Position numbers and translations under genes: made by a program. This document shows positions 33,680 to 38,044 of a stretch of 38,044 nucleotides of DNA, one piece after another; position 1 is the first letter of the stretch; every line of letters begins with the position of its first letter. The stretch is from the IMG/VR virus record IMGVR_UViG_3300020045_002920, positions 1-38,044 of that record. One strand, written 5' to 3'. The notes under the pieces are model-generated. The model saw nothing but the letters and a program-made list of their open reading frames with translations. It was not told where the DNA came from and made no database searches. This stretch comes from a virus (lineage: Duplodnaviria; Caudoviricetes).

Positions 33680-35444
33680 ATGAATCCAACAGAAGAGCAG
33701 CAGAAGATTGTTGAAGCTGTGCAACAAGACAAGGAGATGCTGAAGGTGTGTGCTATTGCTGGCTCAGGTAAGACCACTACACTGAAGCTTGTTGGAGAAG
33801 CACTATCAGACAAGAAGTGCCTCTACATTGCTTATAACAAGAACATGCAACTAGAAGCAGAGGCAAGAATGTCTAGCAACGTAGAATGTCGTACAATGCA
33901 CTCTATTGCCTACGAGGCCATTGGTAACAAGTATCGAGATAAACTCAGCCGTCCAGTTGGGGGGTATAAGAACGTAGGAGGAACAAGTGGTGAGATAGCA
34001 AAGCTGTTGCGCATCTCCCCTGTGTTTAAGAAAGATGTGCTTATCATCTCCAGCATTGCCATTGGTAGTCTTGTAAAGGATTGCTTGGCTAAGTATGAAC
34101 AATCAGCAGACAAGGTAGTTGGTGAGCAGCATGTGTGCAGGGAAGGACTCCGTATTGCCCTGAAGCAGAAGACGCTACGAGAGGGTGTAGGAGCAAAACT
34201 GAAGAAGCAGATTATTCCTGTTGTGCTTCAACATGCGCAGCGTTTGTGGAAGAGTGCGTATAGACCTAAAGAGCACTGTGCTGGCTACCCACGACACCTA
34301 TCTCAAGTTGTATCAACTATCCAAGCCTACACTCAAGTGCGACGTACTCCTACTAGATGAGGCACAAGACTGCAACCATTGCTTCATTGACGTTGTGGAG
34401 AATAACAAGGACGCTTGTAAAGTGATCCTCGTAGGCGATGAATTTCAAGCAATCTACGGGTGGAGAGGGGCTGTGAATGCTATGCAGAAATTCACTTGTA
34501 AGAGCCTAGCACTATCTCAAAGCTTCCGATATGGTAAAGAGATTGCCAAGGTAGCAGAGACAATCCTTGCGAATGGAACGAAGATTGTCCCTAACGGAGA
34601 TGAACAGTCTGTCGTGGGGAAGGTTGATGTAAGCAATCCATACACAGTTTTGTTCCGTACGAACACAGAACTCATTAAGGAGGCTGTGTGGCTTATCTCT
34701 GAAGGAAAGAATGTTAACATCTTTGCGGATGTGCAAGACTTCTGCAAGCTGCTTGTTTCTGCTGTAGCCTTGAGCGAAGGGCGCATGAAGGACGTAAAGC
34801 ACGACAGTCTGATTGCCTTTGATAACTGGAAGGAAGTGAAAGAGGAAGCCAAGTATTCTCAGGGAGGGGAATTAGGTCGTGCTGTCCTGATTGTGGATAA
34901 GGGAGATAGTGGACACATCCTAGATTGTCTTCGTAATCATGTGAATAAAGATGATGCACACATTACGTTGATGACAGCACACAAAAGTAAGGGGCTGGAA
35001 GCAGATCAAGTAGTGCTTGCAGAAGACTTTGTTCCAGCTTTCAAGGATGGAAAGTATGTAGGGCTTGCTGACAGTGAACGTAACCTTCTGTACGTAGCTT
35101 GTACTCGTGCTAAGAAGGTGCTACAGGTAAGCGTTGTTGTACAAGACCTGATGGAGCACAGGGCTAAGGCTGCACTGGCCTTCAGTACGAGAGTGTATGG
35201 TGCTAGAGAGTACCTGTCCAATCCGATGCTACAGCTTCCTCACGGGGAACAGGCCTCTGATGCACTTATGCGCATTATGGATTCCTATGATGATGGGGAG
35301 AATGACGACAACGGAGAGGACAACTACGAGAGTCGTGAGAAGTTCGGAGAATGGATCGGAAGCCTGACAGGAGTGAATCCGAACAGTATGCCTACGGCAG
35401 ACAGTCTTGCAATGGAGTCTGTTGTGCTGGGGAACCTTCTATGA
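33680..35444 (+). CDS. UvrD/Rep-like superfamily 1 helicase, +1 frameshift near 34250
   Basis: The 5' ORF has AIAGSGKTT, AYNK and TMHS. The 3' ORF has LDEAQD, GDEFQAIYGWRGA, SFRY, TAHKSKGLE and YVACTRA. Confidence 0.85.
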
Positions 35445-35452
35445 GAAACAGC

Positions 35453-35481
35453 TTGACAGCCTCCCCACTCTAAGCTATACT
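35453..35481 (+). promoter_or_regulatory. Sigma70-like promoter
   Basis: TTGACA-17 nt-TATACT. Confidence 0.65.
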
Positions 35482-35510
35482 GACGGAATTGAATAATGAA
35501 GGAGAGAAGA

Positions 35511-35762
35511 ATGTTTAATTGGCTATTTGGAAGCAAAGAAGCAGATGTACAAAAGGAAGCGCGTATAACGCTGTTTGTTGGAGATGAGTTCCCTGAAGAT
35601 CACATTCCTGTGCTAGACGGGCCAGCTTGCGTCAAGAAGCTCGCAGAGTATGGTGTAGTTGTAGACGGGAGCCTATATCGTCCTGTTGCTGCACTCAACC
35701 TTGTTGTAGAGGCATTCCGAAGGATTGATGAGCTAGAAAAGATGCTGGGGGAGAAACCATGA
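35511..35762 (+). CDS. Hypothetical protein
   Basis: MFNWLFG... with AGGAG RBS. Confidence 0.6.
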   Translation: MFNWLFGSKEADVQKEARITLFVGDEFPEDHIPVLDGPACVKKLAEYGVVVDGSLYRPVAALNLVVEAFRRIDELEKMLGEKP

Positions 35763-37044
35763 CACAGCAAACATGGACACTAAACATGGGGCAGCTTCCT
35801 ACAACATTGTGTGAGACATCCTTGATTGATGTGCAATACAAGGGTGGACGTACGTTCTATAGCGTTGTAGCAGCTTGCTGGAATAGCCCTGTGTATTGGC
35901 CTCTGACGGGAGAAGGAGACGATATTGTGGCTTGGCGGGGTGTGAAATGAAGAGTGTTTGGATTGTTACCTTTGAGGGTCGTGACTCGAACGGCCATGAA
36001 GATATTGTAGGAGTATGCTCTTCAGAGGTAGGTGCTCTCGTGCTTATTGAGCAGCAACCTTATGGTTCAAAAGGGTTCTACGAGGTAGAGGAGTATGAAG
36101 TACGTGAAGCACATTAAACAGCAGGACGACAAAGAGCCTCTTCCGTTGAAGCCTTCCCGTTCCTTCAGGCACTTGCCTGCAAATAAGCGGGAAGTGGACA
36201 GGAAGAAGCAGAGTCGGCGGGAGCATAAATGGGAAGGAGAGGAAGAATGAACACCAAACAAATTAAGGCTTATGTTCTGAAGAGGCAACAAGCTGCTGCC
36301 AAGGCTTACATGGACATTAAAGCTGTTCAAGACGAGGTATGCCCACACGAGGGCCTTGAAGGAAAGTATGGCGGGAGTAGCGGGAATTATGATCCAAGTT
36401 GTGATAGCTATTGGGTAGATTTTAAGTGTTCAGTGTGTGGTAAGCGTTGGACTGAAGATCAAGATCAACAGAGGTATCTGGGTGGGAAGAACACTTCTAA
36501 GGCTGGATTCCATTGGGCTCAAGTAAAGGATTTCACATGAAATCAGTCAAAGAAGAACGAGAGAGCCTTGAGGCCATGGCTGCTGAAATTGCTAAGAGGC
36601 TGGAAGTTTTGCAGGTGCTGTGTTTGCATACGGAGAAGGGTAAGACAGAGCATGGCAAGTGGTATTGTTTTGAGTGTGGGAAGTATTGGGAGGAGAAGCA
36701 ATGAGTAAGCTTTCAGAGTGGGCGCTAAAAACTACAGACCGGGAACTTGAAGATGCTGACTGGGCTATTATTGCCCACGCGCTAGGGAAGGCTCTCCGTC
36801 ACTTTCAAGCTGAATTAGATAGATGCGTGCCAGAGTGTGCAGGATATAATGCTAAACTGAGTAAGGAGGAAGTATGACTAAACAAAACGAATGTCCTTTC
36901 AGTAAGGAACAAATAGACTGGCTAAAGAGCAATCTTGGTGTGGAGCTATCACGAGCTTCTAGCTACGAAATTAAGGTGACAATCACCCTTGCCGACGAAG
37001 AGGTTAGCTGGGATTGGGTGCCTATTAGTGAACAGCAATACTGA
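35759..37044 (+). other. Run of small translationally coupled hypothetical ORFs (approx. 35759-35950, 35947-36117, 36248-36540, 36537-36704, 36701-36877, 36874-37044)
   Basis: ATGA stop/start overlaps and RBSs; two ORFs carry CxH...CxxC Zn-ribbon motifs. Confidence 0.6.
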
Positions 37045-37064
37045 GTAAGTGTAAGAGCAGCTAT

Positions 37065-37099
37065 GGAGTCTTCTTAACGGGAGGCTCCCTTTTATTTTG
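37065..37099 (+). terminator. Intrinsic terminator
   Basis: GGAGTCTTC...GGAGGCTCC followed by CTTTTATTTT. Confidence 0.75.
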
Positions 37100-37362
37100 T
37101 CCAGAGGTAAATTTTAGAAAAATTACTTTTACCCCTTGCATCTTGACAATTTCTGTGTAGCAAGGGTGGGGGTAATATCATAGGAAGGGATGCTATTTGT
37201 AGCAGGCTAGGGGGGCGTAGGAGAGGAGATCGTAATGGAGGGGCTATGAGGGCAGCTTGGAGAGGGTAAGACTCAGCAGAGAGGCTATAAATGGCTTCAG
37301 CGGACTGTTGCTATTAGCACGGGAATAGTGTATAATGGTTGATTTGAAATGGAGGATTGTAG

Positions 37363-38044
37363 ATGAAGGCAGAAGAGCGGTATCTTGGTAAGGAGTATAT
37401 ATCAAAGAAGGGGAATAAAGCAATAGTAGTTGAGTATAAAAAGAGCAAGGCCGGAGGTAATCCACAAGTTTTAGTAAGATTCGAGGACGGAGTGGAATAC
37501 TGGCTAACTACAGGCTGTTTGAACGCTGTTGGAGTTTGCCACCCAGATGATAACTATTCTAAAGGAGCCAAGCCTTGTAAGGTTGGGGATAGGCTTCTGA
37601 GCAACTCCTTCGGATGGTGTGAAGTAGTAGAATACAAAAACAGAGGGGAGATTACGATTAGATTTGATGACTGTGGCAGAGAGGTTATTGTTCAGGCATA
37701 CGCACTTTTGCTGGGAAGCGTTGCCCCACTAAATGCCTTGAAGATAAATACTCCCGAAGCTTGGCTAGAGAAGGCTAAACTTCTGCACGGAGACAAGTAC
37801 GACTATTCTAGCACAGTATTTATTACCTATGATCAGAAAGTAGAAATCTTTTGTAAAGCATGTGGTAATAACTTCTTCATGAAGGCTACAGACCATATCA
37901 ACAGGTATATGTGTGGCTGCCCTACTTGTGCTAGGAAACAGGCGCAAGAAGCGTCATCGTTGCCTTTCGCTACCTTTGTAGAGCAATCAGGTATTGCACA
38001 CAACCACAAATACACCTATCACAAGGACTCTTATAGGAGTTTAG
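37363..38044 (+). CDS. Partial DUF723-repeat homing endonuclease-like protein (runs off window)
   Basis: ATG at 37363 with GGAGG RBS and upstream TATAAT. Open to the window end: MKAEERYLG...AKLLHGDKYDYS...CKACG...CGCPTC. Confidence 0.75.
   Translation, partial: MKAEERYLGKEYISKKGNKAIVVEYKKSKAGGNPQVLVRFEDGVEYWLTTGCLNAVGVCHPDDNYSKGAKPCKVGDRLLSNSFGWCEVVEYKNRGEITIRFDDCGREVIVQAYALLLGSVAPLNALKINTPEAWLEKAKLLHGDKYDYSSTVFITYDQKVEIFCKACGNNFFMKATDHINRYMCGCPTCARKQAQEASSLPFATFVEQSGIAHNHKYTYHKDSYRSL

Overview
38-kb segment of a tailed dsDNA phage (siphovirus-type) infecting a Gram-negative host, inferred from its SAR endolysin and Rz/Rz1 spanins. It has two divergent arms around a control/origin region at ~22.1-22.7 kb. 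The minus-strand arm carries fibre/spike genes, a split lysis cassette, a probable small terminase, a promoter-driven ~580-nt highly base-paired non-coding RNA followed by a cluster of partly aberrant tRNA/tRNA-like genes, a large terminase split inside its Walker A motif by a 245-nt group I intron, and then portal, S49 protease, scaffold, decoration, lambda-E-type capsid, head-tail connectors and tail tube. The plus-strand arm carries an iteron-like array with RHH and HTH (initiator-like) genes, DenV with an ATT start, tRNA-Arg, PhoH, a ClpP-like protease, many small ORFs, a second promoter-driven ~400-nt structured non-coding region and a frameshifted UvrD-like helicase. Eight free-standing homing-endonuclease-like genes are scattered through the window. 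The best candidates for new biology are the two large ORF-poor structured RNAs, especially the one coupled to tRNA-like elements lacking normal anticodon arms. All calls come from manual reading of the sequence; no searches or folding programs were run.
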